A stretch of DNA of 38,597 nucleotides from Chiloscyllium plagiosum. Lineage: Eukaryota. The translations under genes were made by a program, and so were the position numbers. Where the stretch lies: the NCBI RefSeq assembly GCF_004010195.1, contig NC_057719.1, positions 13,443,904 to 13,482,500 of the forward strand. The letters are read 5' to 3'. Positions 23,283 through 34,890 of this stretch are shown in pieces. Under the pieces are notes generated by a model. The model worked only from the letters and a program-made list of their open reading frames with translations, had not been told where the DNA came from and did no database searches. How positions within the stretch are numbered: position 1 is the first letter of the stretch; each line of letters starts with the position of its first letter.

Positions 23283-25304
23283 CCAGTGAGAGAGTTAGGT
23301 TTGAAACAATAGTGCTAAACCTAAAATAAGGACAGTTACATAGGGATGAAAGAGTTTGGGATAAGATGCAGTTGAAGAACAAAGTTAAGAAAATAGTTTA
23401 TGACTCACAGTAAAGATAGTCCCAATGAGGAAGAAGCACTACAGAGAAAGGATAGACCGTCAGGATAGCATCAACTTGAAAGAAAATGAACATACAATGT
23501 GACAAAGGTTAGTGGTAAACCAGATTTTGGGGAAGATTTAAACGTCTATAGAATATGACCAAAACAGTAATATAGAAGGTAAAAGTAAACCATGAAGGCA
23601 ACATAGCAAGTGATATGTAAACAGACAGCAAGAGCTTCTTTAAACACACAAAAAAAGGAAATAGGAGAACAACATGAACATTTCCCCTTTAGAATATGAG
23701 GGCAAGGAACTAATAATGGGAACCAGGAAATGGCATTTGTCTCCATGGTAGAAGACACTGATAGTATTCCAAAAATGCTAAACAATTGAGGAATAAAGTG
23801 GGAGAGGGAGGAAATAAATGCAATAACCAGAGGAAAAAGTATTAAAGGAGCTAATAGGGCTAAAGGCTAGCAAGTCTCTTGGACTTGATACTAAAGGGAG
23901 TAACTATAGAGAACACTGATCGTAATCTTCATAAATCCTTAGATTCTGGAAAAAAAATCCCAGAGAATTGGGAAACCAGCAATGTAGCACTCTTATTCAA
24001 AAGGGACATAAACAATAAAACAGGTAACTATAGGCCAATTAGCTTAACGTCTCTCATTGGGAAGATGTCAGAGTGTACGCTAAAGGATTAATAGCACAAC
24101 ATTTAGAAATCCATAGTATTAGCATGGCTTCATGAAGGGGAAATCATGTTTGAAAACATTATTACAGTACCTTGAGAAGGTAACAAGCAGAATATATACA
24201 GGAGAACCAGTAGATCTAATATATTTGGACTGCCCACAGAGGTGTTTGATACTGAATTATAAGTAAGGCTACTTAATAAGACAAGAGCACATGGTGTTGG
24301 GAATTGTGTATTAGCACGGGTAAAGGATTAGATAACTAATAGACAACAGAGAACTGGGCTAAAGGAGTATTCTCGGGATGGTAACCTATAACTAATGGAA
24401 TGCCACAGGGATCAGTGCTGGGGTCACAATTACTTACCGTATATTCAACATTTGAATGATGCAAGTGAAAATACTCTAGCCAAGTTTACGGATAACATGA
24501 AAATAATTGGGAAGTCAAATAATGAGAAATGAGTTTACAGAAGGATATAGGCATGTTAAATGAGTAGACAAAACCTTGGCAGATGGAAAATAATGTTGTA
24601 AAATGTAAGGCTTTTATTTGGGCAGGAAGAAGAGAGGAGTTGAATATTATTTAAATAGAGAAAGACTGCAGAAAGCTGCAACACAGAGGGATATAGTAAT
24701 CCTTATGTATGGATTGCAAAGAAGCATCTAAGTTCAGTAAGTAATAAGTAATAAGAAAATGGATTACAAGAACAGTGAGGTCGTGATATTCTATATGAGG
24801 TAGTAGTCAGACTATATCTGGAATACTGTGAACAGTTTGAACCCCCTATCTAAAGAAAAGTTAAGTTGGTATTGGAGGCAGTCCAGAGAAGGGTTACCTG
24901 ACTGCTACCAGTTATGGAGGGACTGTCTTATGAGGAGATGGTAAGTTTAGAGGTGGAGTTTGGAGTTTAGAAGAATAAGAGGCAACTTCATTGAAACATA
25001 TGAAGATAATTAGTGGGCTTGACAGGGAAGATGTAGAAAGGTTTTTTTTTCCCTTGGGGGGAGTCTAGGACCAGAGGGCATAATCTCAGAATACGAGATC
25101 ATCCGTTTTAGATAGAGATTAAGAGAATTTTTTCTCAGAGGGATATGAATCAGTGGAATTCTTCACTGCAGAGAACTATTGTGGCTGAGTCATTAAACAT
25201 ATTCAAGGCTGAGACAAACAGACAGACAGTAAGGGAATCAAGGATTAGGTGGGAGAGACAGGAAGGTGGATTTTAGGTGTATATGTCAGCCAGGAACTCA
25301 TTGA

Positions 25305-25404
25305 ATTTTCCTGCTCCTCGGATGCTGCCTGACCTGCTGTGCTTTTCCAGCACCATTCTGATCTAGACTCTGACCTCCAGCATCTGCAGTCCTCACCTTT
25401 GCCT
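25305..25404 (+). mobile_element. Penelope-like (family 1) single pseudo-LTR 3' end in CR1 3' UTR
   Basis: TTTTCCTGCTCCTCGGATGCTGCCTGACCTGCTGTGCTTTTCCAGCACCA...CCAGCATCTGCAGTCCTCAC. Confidence 0.8.
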
Positions 25405-25949
25405 TGACTCGATGGGCTGACTGGCCTACTTCTGCTCCTGTTCCTTATGGTCAGGTTTCGGTTTAATAATTACATTGTAAGTAGCTCAACATCATGACAA
25501 GTGTGCTGTGACTGATTGCTAAGTGTGCATCAATTATTATCAGGGTGTTATTGGTTTAGTGTGTGGTATACACCAAATGGTGTTTACCAAACAAGAAAAA
25601 CTTCTTCTCTTAAACAAGTTGCAGTTTATTGCATGATAGCAACTCGGTGCACATCTTATTGGCATGATAGACACAATCTTAGTGATAGTGAGGGAAACAT
25701 TGGTTTAGGTCTTACTCCTTCGAGATACAAAGCTGGTTACCAGCCCAAGTTCATCTGACATCACCATATTGGGTGATACACTCCTCAGCATTAAACCTTT
25801 GACACCCTTACACAATATCTTCCCATTGATCACCTTCCCACCCCCATCTTTCCTCCCACCCCATATTTAACACTATCTCAGCTCCCTTTGAAGTCTCTGT
25901 CTTCAAAATTAAGGTTATAGGGAAGTTTCACTTTTTGTGCCAGAAAGTA

Positions 25950-26277
25950 TCAGACACATTCACCGTGGCTCCTTAGACAGCATCTTCCAAATCCACAACT
26001 GCTGCCATCTAGGAGAAGGGCAGCAAATACATGGGAACACCACCAACTGCAGATTCCAAGCCATTCAGCATCCTAACTTGGAAATATATCGCCGTGCCTT
26101 CATTGTCACTGGGTCAGGATCCAGGAATTCCCTCCCTAAGGGCATTGTGGGTCTACATACAACACGTGGATTACAGCAGTTCAAGAAGGCAGCTCACCAC
26201 CACCTTCTCAAGGGCAACAAGGGACGGGCAACAAGTACTAGCCAGCCAGCAACACCCACATCCCACAAATGAATAAG
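25950..26277 (+). mobile_element. LINE family B 3' end
   Basis: Aligns with 5850-6175, including the tail. Confidence 0.85.
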
Positions 26278-28373
26278 TTGAAAGTTTGATCGGTCTCTTA
26301 TTGGAAGGCTATTGATATTGATCCCATTCTTGGCAGGGTTAGGTCTTTAAGCCCCTCCACCCTTCTATTGCTTGGATTTTATTAGTGGAGGATGTCTTTT
26401 CTGCTGAAAAATGTGCTTGATTTTTTTTTGTAGTATCTTGGACCTCTGGAAGAGGGAGATTCCTCTTGTTGATGGATTCCTAAATCTCTGAGCCAAGCAA
26501 TTTGCTTCGTCCGTGTGCTGAATCTATGAACATTAGTTGTTCCATCTCAGTGGTGTCTTCCATGGAATTGTACCACAGCTTCCTTCAAATTAGGCAGATT
26601 TTCATTCTCTTTCTGAATCTAGTCATATCCATGCTCAAACCCCAGCAGGTACTTTACTTCGACTTGTCACTTAACTTCGATGCTTTCATTTTCTCTCAGT
26701 GATTGTAGGTGAAGCCAACACATTCATATGCGCTGTCATTTTACACAAGAATTGTTTCTTGCTTGGCTCTGTCACTGGTACTATTGATTCCTCCTGGGAA
26801 GACAAAGACATAAAATGTTTTGCTTGAACTTGCATCTTCTGATGCTGATATCTGACTTCATTCTATCATTAATGAGCTCAAGTGGAACTATTCTGTTAAT
26901 TAGCTCTCTTGTCATTTGTGTTTCCTTCTCAACTTTGCTGATTCTAGCAGTCTGAAGTCTCTTTAGTGTTGATAAGAGTGTTAAGCATCCATGTCAAACC
27001 TTACAGTCTCAGATTTCCATCATGTTGTTGATATAAAACAATTCTCTTATGCCAATATAGCTAATCACAACAGATTCTCAATTCCACTTGCGTTCTGCCA
27101 TGAGTGTAAGAAAGCCCCATGAACTCCACTAGGGGTTGTCCCTTTGGTTACTTCTTCACCAAAAAGGTATTTGACCTGTTGCTTCATGACTGGTTGTTTC
27201 TGGAATGATTGTGGTGGGACTGCTCAACCAGTTTCTTCTTGACTAAGTTTAACTCCTTCAGGCATTTGAAGACGATTTTGGGACAAGACTTGCATTCCTG
27301 CTCAAGAGGGGGACTTCTTGATTGTAAAGCCCTTGTGTTGGCTACAATTTAATTTCAAACGATGTACGTCCTAGGCCATGTAACTACATCACCATAGTCT
27401 ACAAACAGTACTCCCATGGGACACCATCCAATAGTATGGTGACATTAATTTATGTTATGACCCCAGTTGATATTACCACTGGAAAAATCAGATCCCAGAA
27501 TGAAGTCTGGCTTGATGGTTTTTTTTCTCATTTAATGTATTTTACTAAACAATAGCACACCCTGTTGCAGGTTTGGTTTTAACAATGACAAAGAGGTTTA
27601 TTGCACAAACAGACAAAGATAAAATCGAATAAACCAAATTGTGTGCATATAATGCAATCTGAATGATTTCAAAACAATAATTTACAATCCCATCTATTCC
27701 AACACTATCACTTCACAGTCCTCAAACACCAGAGATCTCTTTTCGGTTGTATCTATAGATTTGATCTGACTGTTTCCTTCAATTCTCTGTCACAAGAGCC
27801 TGGTATTCTTTTTTTTATTATTCACAACTGAGTTTAAACATTTTCTAAAGAAATATTTCTTCCCTGGAATTTTCAAAGTAAAACCATTACACTGAGGTAA
27901 CCCTATTCCGAACTATTCTGAACCTTCTTTCTCCACTAGAAACTGGTCATAGAGTCATAGACATAGAATTGTACAGCACGGAAACAGACCCTTTGGTCCA
28001 ACTTGTCCATCTTAAACTGATCTAGTCCCATTTGTCAGCATTTGGCCCATAACCATTTAAACCCTTCCTATTCATATACCCATCCAGATGCCTTTTAAAT
28101 GTTGTAGTTGTACCCGCCTCCACCACTTCCTGTGACTCATTTTCCATATATGCACCACCATTGTTCCTGAGGTTCCTTTTAAATCTTTTCCCTTCCACTT
28201 AAACCTATACCCTTTAGTTTTGGACTGTCCTACCACAGGGAAGAAACCTTGTCTACTTACCCTACTCATGTCCTTCATGGATTTTATAAACCTCTATAAG
28301 GTCCTCCCATAGTCTCCGACACTCCAATGAAAATAGCCCCAGCCTATTCAGCCTCTCCCTCCACCTCTGGCCA

Positions 28374-29868
28374 TGATGTGGAGGAACCGGTGTTGGACTG
28401 GGGTGGATAAAGTTAAAAATCACAACACCAGGTTATAGTCCAACAGGTTTATTTGGAAGCCGTAGCTTTCAGAGCGCTGCTCCTTCATCAGGTGGTTGTG
28501 GAACATAAGACCATAAGACACATAATTTATAGCAAGAGATTACAGTGTCATGAAACTGTAATGATTTATTGATCAAACCTGGATTGTTGTTAAGTCTTTC
28601 ATCTTTTAGAATGGGTTGCAGGTTTCGGTTCATTAATATGTAAATCCCAGAACTTCTTTCAGGATGTGTCAGAGTGTCGGCATGGGTGCCACCTTTATCC
28701 TTGGGGTCACCATTCACTGTATAGATGACAGGTACTCACTTGGCCAACGTTGTCTATCTCATTTGCTGCAGGCTAGGATGCCCCGAGGCATGGTACATTG
28801 GCTAGATCGAGCAGATGCTACGGCACTGGATGGATGGACACCGCATAACAATCAGCAGCCAGGGGTGTCCCCTCCCAGTCAGGGAACATTTCAGCGGTCA
28901 GGGGCATTCGGCCTTGAATGTTCGGGTGACCATTCTCCAAGGTGGAGTTGGGACAGGCAACAGCGCAAAGTGGCCGAGCAGAGGGGATGGCCTCAACCGG
29001 GACCTTGGGTTCATGTCACACTACAGGTAACCCCACTGCACTATATACTCTCTCTCTCTCTCTGTCTGTCTCTCTCTCTCTCTCACATACGCACACATGT
29101 ACACACACAAGCACACATTGACACGCACAAGCACACATACACACGCACTCTTAAATACTCACATGCTCATGCAAATCTCTCTCTCATACACGCACACATA
29201 CAACCCCCACATTCACACCCACACACACACCCTCTCACAGGCTTATACTCCATCAAACCCACACACACACAGTTTACCAAGCTTTCACACATGCAAACAC
29301 ACACTCTCTCACGTGCACTCACACTCACAAGCACACATTCTCTCTCTCTCACTCTCTCTCTTATATGCATGCACATAAGTCTATGGGATGAATTTGTATT
29401 TGCAAAATTCTGTTTGTAGATACATTCTATTTTGTTAAAAAAAATGCACAGTCTGCAGACAGTCAATGCAGGCATCAATTTTGTAAATTCTACTTTAGAA
29501 ATAGAATCAGTCTGCACAAGATTGGATACAGACAGACTCTGACCTCACACCTTTGATGCATTTTCTGAGCTGAGATGTCAGTTTTGTAATAAAATCTTAA
29601 GTTATCTCGAGAAGGTGACCTAAAGGAAATTCTGGGATTTACATATTAATGAACCGAAACCTACAACTCATTCGAAAAGATGAAAGACTTAACAACAATC
29701 CAGGTCTGTTCAATATATCATTTCAGTTGCATGACGCTGTAATCTCTTGCTATGAATTCTGTGTCTTATGGTCTTATGCTCCACAGCTACCTGAAGGAGC
29801 AGCACTTTGAAAGCTAGTGCTTCCAAGTAAACCTGTTGGACTATAACCTGGTGTTGTGTGATTTTTAA
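28374..29868 (+). mobile_element. Penelope-like element (family 2, Neptune-like): inverted pseudo-LTR, GIY-YIG remnant, CA/CT-rich UTR and pseudo-LTR
   Basis: Plus-strand remnant ANVVYLICCRLGCPEAWYIG*..LRHWMDGHR..PVREHF..GH..GLNRDLGFMSHYR* (28740-29030). Arms 28411-28663 and 29619-29870 are inverted copies. A degenerate 15-bp TSD lies at 28359-28373 and 29869-29883 (12/15). Confidence 0.88.
29047..29375 (+). repeat. Compound (CT)n/(CA)n low-complexity tract
   Basis: Directly visible; lies in the PLE 3' UTR. Confidence 0.9.
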
Positions 29869-30778
29869 CTCTAACTCTGGCAACAGCCTTGTAAATCTTT
29901 TCTGCATCCTTTTATATCAGACTATAGCCAGGTCTTCCGTGAACTGCCCAAAAGCTTTCCAATTTATGAGTTTTCCTAAATAACCCTTGATTCTTCTCAA
30001 TCAAAGTAATGTTTTTCAATGTTTGGTTTCTCTAATTATAAAACTTTCACAATACAAACAGACTCACATTATCACTCCAGACGGGTTCAGTCACCTGGTT
30101 TCTGATGCATGCTGCTTTAGAAGTCATGACTCCTAAATGACCGACAAGTTGGTTATTATAACCCTATATCTTAAATAAATGATATATAACTAGAGACAAG
30201 AACAGAGTGATCTTGGGGGCTTGTCCATTGATCCCAGAAAGCCACATGACTGGTTAATAGGGTAGTTAAGAAGGCATATGGAATATTTGCCTTTATCAGT
30301 TGTGGTATAGATTATAACAGCAGGGAGGTTACATCAGAGCAAGACAGAACTTTGGTTTGGTCACAGTTGGAGTATTGTGCAGTAATACTACAGGAAGAAC
30401 ATGATAGCACTGGAGGGAGTGCTGAGAAGATTCACCAGCATGTTCCCTGCAATGGAATGCTTGAGCTATGAAAGGAGGCTGGATAAGCTCAGGATGTTTC
30501 CTTCAGAGTAGAGAAAGTAGAGAGGAATTTGATTGTGTAAGATTATTAAGGATAGAGTGAATATAAAAGAAGCTGTTTCTGTTAGGTGGAGGGTCAATAT
30601 CAAGGGGGCACAATTTTAAAGCAGGAGGTTTAGAGGGGATTTAACGATTTATTTTTACCCAGAGGATGATGGGAAACTGGTAGATACTGCGTGGGAAGAT
30701 AGTTGAGGCAGGAAACATCGCAACCTTTGGATGAGCATTTGAAATGAACATTCAAAGCTGTAGACCAAGTGCTGGAAA

Positions 30779-31036
30779 TGATATGGAGATGTCGGTGTTG
30801 GACTGGGGTGTACAAAGTTAAAAATCACACGATACCAGGTTATAGTCCAACAGGTTTATTTGGAAGTGCTAGCTTTCGGAGCGTCGCTCCTTCATCAGGT
30901 GGTTGTGGAGTATAAGATTGTAAGGTACAGAATTTATAGCAAAAGTTTACAGTGTGATGTAACTGAAATGATATATTGAAAAAGACTTGGATTGTTTGTT
31001 AAGTCTCTCATCTGTTAGAATGACCATGATAGTTTC
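30779..31036 (-). mobile_element. Penelope-like (family 2) solo pseudo-LTR
   Basis: Aligns with 28374-28615. Confidence 0.85.
30866..30902 (-). ncRNA. Minimal type-I hammerhead ribozyme motif
   Basis: Minus-strand cac-CUGAUGA-a-GGAGC-gac-GCUCC-GAAA-GC-UA-gca has an intact core, a perfect 5-bp helix II and a palindromic AGCU helix III. Helix I is mutated relative to the cac/gtg inferred from sibling copies. Confidence 0.65.
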
Positions 31037-31490
31037 AGGTGCAGACTCAATAGGTTGAGGAGCCTCTTCTGTATTGTATGCGTCTATGATGCTATCACAT
31101 AATTATCTTCTCTCCAAAAAGCTAGTTTTGGGAAACTTACTTATCCTCTGAATATGATTACCTTATTCTGTAGTAACATCTGTTCTATCTCATTAACATC
31201 CTTGTGAGAGTGTAACTATTTGTCATTTTGCTGCCCTGACACTGTGTCCTACTCAGTTTTGGAAAGTGACCTATTGCTTTATGGATAAAGCATTTCTTTT
31301 AAATAGCTGAGCAGTGCCTGTGCCTGCAAGGTTTCCTTGCTCTATAGCACTACCACTGACTTTTAGTCTCTGTTGTCTGGCTTCTCACATGTATATTTAA
31401 GGTGTTTACAAACCTTAAGATTTATTGAATAAATGTTGATAATCTCTTCTCTTACACTTTGCTTCCCGACTTCTGCTTTTTCCAAAGTTA

Positions 31491-31580
31491 AAGGTCACCC
31501 CTGAACCTCTGGCACTCCAGGGAAAACAGCCTATTTAGCCTTTCCCCATAACTCAAACCGTCCAACCCCAGCAACATCCA
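31491..31580 (-). mobile_element. HER1 internal fragment
   Basis: AAGGTCACCCCT..ACTCCAGGGAAAACAGCC..CAACATCC aligns with 3437-3530. Confidence 0.75.
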
Positions 31581-32367
31581 GATCTCCCTTTTTTTTGTTC
31601 CCTCATCAGTCTCATACCTTTAGTCTTCCACTTGACTTTGTTTACTTAGCCTATTAAATTTATCACTTTAATTATGGCTAAAGTGACATCTCCAGGCCTG
31701 TGACCCCATTTATAGATACTTCTGTGGTTCTTGATTTGCCTTGCAGTAGCCATACATGATTTCATGTATCTCAGTGGGAGGGAAGGAACAAATGAGGGAA
31801 TGTTGCATGGGTGCATTGCAATCCTGGTTAACTATGACAAATTACCAACAATTGCCACAGTTGCTACTGCTGGATGAATGGATATTGAGTGTGTAATGTT
31901 AACAAATCAAACCCTACTCTCCTTCATATTCTTTCATCCTTACTATCTCTACACATGAAAATTTTGCATTGACAAGTATCCATTATATGCAAGAATTAAC
32001 TGTACAAGTGTTATTGTTTATTGCCTAAAGCTTTCTAATGAATACAAATTTCATATCAACTTAAACTTATTTAATGTCTGTCCAACAACACTTGTTTATC
32101 TCCTAGGAGACCCAACTCAATTCGAGGCTATTAGATTGCAAATTACAGGAACATGCAAAACACTAGACTTCTGAATTGATGCGGGGCTCAGATCAACCCA
32201 CAGTTTCATAATTATTTTTGATGCTGCTGATGATCACATAAAGAACCTCACTCCTGACTGGACTTTAAGGTCTGTGAGATGTTGTAGCTGCGAGCAACAC
32301 AGCTGGCTCTGAAGGATCATAACCACATCAAGGCCCAGTGACAGTACAAGCATTCCTTTCACAAGAA

Positions 32368-32463
32368 TACAACACCAGGTTATAGTCCAACAGGTTTATT
32401 TGGAAGTATTAGCTTTCGGAGTGCTGTCCACCCCAGTCCAACACCAGTACCTCGACATCATGG
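32368..32463. mobile_element. 96-bp Penelope (family 2) mini-insertion with perfect 12-bp TSD
   Basis: CTTTCACAAGAA at 32356-32367 and 32464-32475 brackets an inverted pseudo-LTR piece plus the forward terminal tail. Confidence 0.88.
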
Positions 32464-32934
32464 CTTTCACAAGAAGACCAACTCTATGTAAGCCTCATGG
32501 TGTAGCCAACTAGTTCCTGGATCCCAGCATCTAACCGTGAGGAAGGGACACTCTCCAGGTCTGTCAGTTTGAAAGACAAGTTCAAACTGGTCCCTGTTTT
32601 TGAAAGGAAATTAACTGAAGAAGGGGAATAGTTGAGCGAAGTTGTTGTCAATCTCTGGTGAGATTGTTGCGTGACTTTTCTCCAAAATATAGATTCGATT
32701 GACAGATGTGTCAAGCGTTCACACAGGCAATACTGTCTTGCCTTAAACAGCATGCCAGTGAGCAGTCTTGCTGAAGGTGAACCATATAACACAAAAGCTA
32801 ACAGCGACACTTAAGATGGCACACACTTCTGGTGCCCTGGCAACCAACAATCTGTTCAGTTTTTAGACACAGCTCTTCCCAACGTAGAAAGAAACCATGC
32901 ACTTTCAACATATTTTATAGCAAGCAAATAATAA

Positions 32935-33253
32935 GGGAGGTGATGTTGTCGTGGCATTAATCCAGAGATCCAGGTAATGCTTGGGAGACCCAGGTTAAAA
33001 TCTTGTCATGGCAGCTGGAGTGCTTTGCAATAAAATAATAATTACAAATATGGAACTAAGAGACTGTGAAAAATCCATCTGTTTCACCAATGTCCTTTAG
33101 GGAAGGAAACTGCCATCCCTGCCTGGTCTGGACTACAGGTGATTCCAGGTAACGTGGTTGACTCTTAACTGCCCTCTGGGCAATTAGGGTTGGATTTTTC
33201 TATATGCTGGCCCAGCTGGTGACATCCACATCCTATGAATGAATAAAAAAAAA
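32935..33253 (+). mobile_element. tRNA-derived SINE ('family C') ending in the LINE family B tail
   Basis: Decayed tRNA head (TAATCCAGAG..GGTTAAAATC), body AATGTCCTTTAGGGAAGGAAA..GTGGTTGACTCTTAACTGCCCTCTG, tail GGGCAATTAGGG..ATGCTGGCCCAGC..CCACATCCTATGAATGAATAAAAAAAAA. Confidence 0.75.
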
Positions 33254-33741
33254 TCTAATTTTTGTAGGATTTCAGATCTTTACATGCCCTAAAAATGAAA
33301 GCTGACTTCGGGGGAATAAGGCGTGCCAGGATTTTCCAGTGAAAGGTCTCAAACATGAAGTCGGAGTACAAGTGGATTTTTGAATCACTCGTCTACATGT
33401 GCCCACCTCACAAAGACTGTCTGTGAACAACATTCACTTTCAGTGGCTTTGTATGTAAGAAGACCCCAGGGATTAGCCTCGATCACAGATTAGTCTAAAG
33501 TTCATGAACAGATCTCACTCTATCAGTGTGGTGAAAGAGAAAGCATCACCAAGAAACCACAGAAATTCACCGATAATAATTAGAGTTAAAGTAAGTTTCA
33601 AAAAGAAATGTGATTTTGAATTAAAGGGTCACAGTCTGTCCAGCCTGCCCCGTGTTTCTTAAAAATTGGGGAAGCAGTTAGTTATAATTCAATGTCAAGG
33701 TGAACATTCACTTGCTCCAGCTCAGAATCCTGAGTGCTTCC

Positions 33742-33858
33742 ATAAGATCACCCCTCCTTCTTTGAAATTATACCAAATAAAAGCCTAACCTGTTTGTCAG
33801 CTCGCTTGATAAGTCAATCGCTTCATCCCAGGAGTCAGCCTGAACTGCCTCCAATGTG
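33742..33858 (-). mobile_element. Old CR1 fragment
   Basis: ATAAGATCACCCCTCCTTCTT...CTGAACTGCCTCCAATG is the reverse of the LEAVQR and RRRGDL coding. Confidence 0.6.
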
Positions 33859-34518
33859 TCCCACCTGCTTATGCTGTCCATTTTCATGTGTGCAAGAGCT
33901 CGACAAGTCAGTCAGCCTGGGAGTAGTCTGTGCGGCTGTTCATACCATCTACTTGCCTTCCCTGCCAGCTACTGTCTTTGGGGCTTGTTAGGAACTATGA
34001 GGGACAACAGTTTGAATCGAGCTGTCTTTCAGTTTCAGTAAATGAATCCAATCTTGTCATCTAATGAGTTGTCCTTCATCATGCAGGACTGCTGTTATCA
34101 TATTTGGGTCTGTACTTTCCCTGTATGCTTCCAGGAGCCAGTAACTTTATGGGATCAAGTTGGGATGCAAGATTTTCCAAAGACAAAGGGGAGCACATTA
34201 GGGGTCTATCAGTTTGTACCGTCACATAATGAGCTCATAGATTTCAAGAAAGGGTGGGTCTCAACGAAAGCTAGTTTCTACATTTCTGATGCAGATGCCT
34301 TACTGGAGACCCTGATGTGTCTTCCATTTTGAGATTGCAAATGTAGCAATTGGTCAAAAGGGTGAGTGCTGGGAATGAGGCCAGATGGGAAGCAAAATGC
34401 TACCATACTGGCATCTACTTGACAATGTGGAAAATTGTACAGGTATGTCCTCGACACACAAGGCAGAGCCAAACCAACCCAGCCAATGACCAATCCATTA
34501 ATCTACTCTCAATCACTG

Positions 34519-34712
34519 AAAGTAAAGCCACCATTGCTCTCTGATCAGAGAGAGATAACTGGCAGGGAGTTTAACCTGAAGGTCATCACACTTCCAGCAA
34601 GGGGCAAGGTTGAGAAGGTAGGACTTGATTAATATAGAACCATAGCTAATACAAGAAGTGAACCTATGCTATGTCACTCTGCAATGCCATCCAGCCAACT
34701 GAGCTATCCGAA
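34519..34712 (-). mobile_element. SINE family B copy inserted in LINE family B
   Basis: Reverse complement of 818-1063: AAAGTAAAG...TTTAACCTGA..GGGGCAAGGTTGAGAA...CCATCCAGCCAACTGAGCTA. Confidence 0.75.
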
Positions 34713-34890
34713 AGAAGATGTCACTAACTGTGTTATCAAACAGCACTTAATAAGCATTAACCTGCTCACAGAAGTTTATTTTGGGTTCTGCTAGGGCCAC
34801 TTAGTTCTTCATCTCTTCATAGTCTTGGCTCAAACATGAACAAAATATCTGAATTCCAGAGGTGAGGCTGACTATCGTTGTTGTCAAGGC

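Larger units (their letters stand above)
22030..25452 (+). mobile_element. Long decayed CR1 LINE: ORF1 (esterase-like) 3' end, ORF2 (APE and RT) and 3' UTR; pseudogenised
   Basis: ORF1 end ...AGTDALMN.ITQVVVRALN* (~22240); ORF2 start KLMALYLN; GHSDHNMVEF; IPENWETSNVALLFK..GNYRPISLTS; HGFMKGKSC; GMPQGSVLG; KFTDN; CR1 tail. There are many stops and frameshifts. Confidence 0.88.
27947..29910 (-). mobile_element. HER1 3' fragment split by a 1.5-kb Penelope insertion
   Basis: HER1 sequence at 27947-28373 resumes at 29869 (CTGGCAACAGCCTTGTAAATCTTTTCTG), colinear with 3065-3555. Confidence 0.85.
27453..30131. mobile_element. Possible solo LTR (~700 bp once nested inserts are removed)
   Basis: Begins TGTTATGAC and ends GTCATGAC(T), near-inverted termini typical of LTRs; minus-strand AATAAA at ~27598. 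No clear TSD. Confidence 0.3.
30190..31095 (+). mobile_element. Old CR1/HER1-type 3' fragment
   Basis: GTAGTTAAGAAGGCATATGG..TTGCCTTTAT; CAGTTGGAGTATTGTG; tail resumes at ~31037. Confidence 0.8.

Noticed and set aside
26280..27440. Possible very old minus-strand LINE (RTE-like) remnant
   Set aside because: Only vague peptide hints and a purine skew; no convincing motif by eye. It needs a translated search.
28664..29517. 251-aa and His/Thr- or Cys/Val-rich ORFs
   Set aside because: Frameshifted PLE nuclease remnant running into CA/CT microsatellite.
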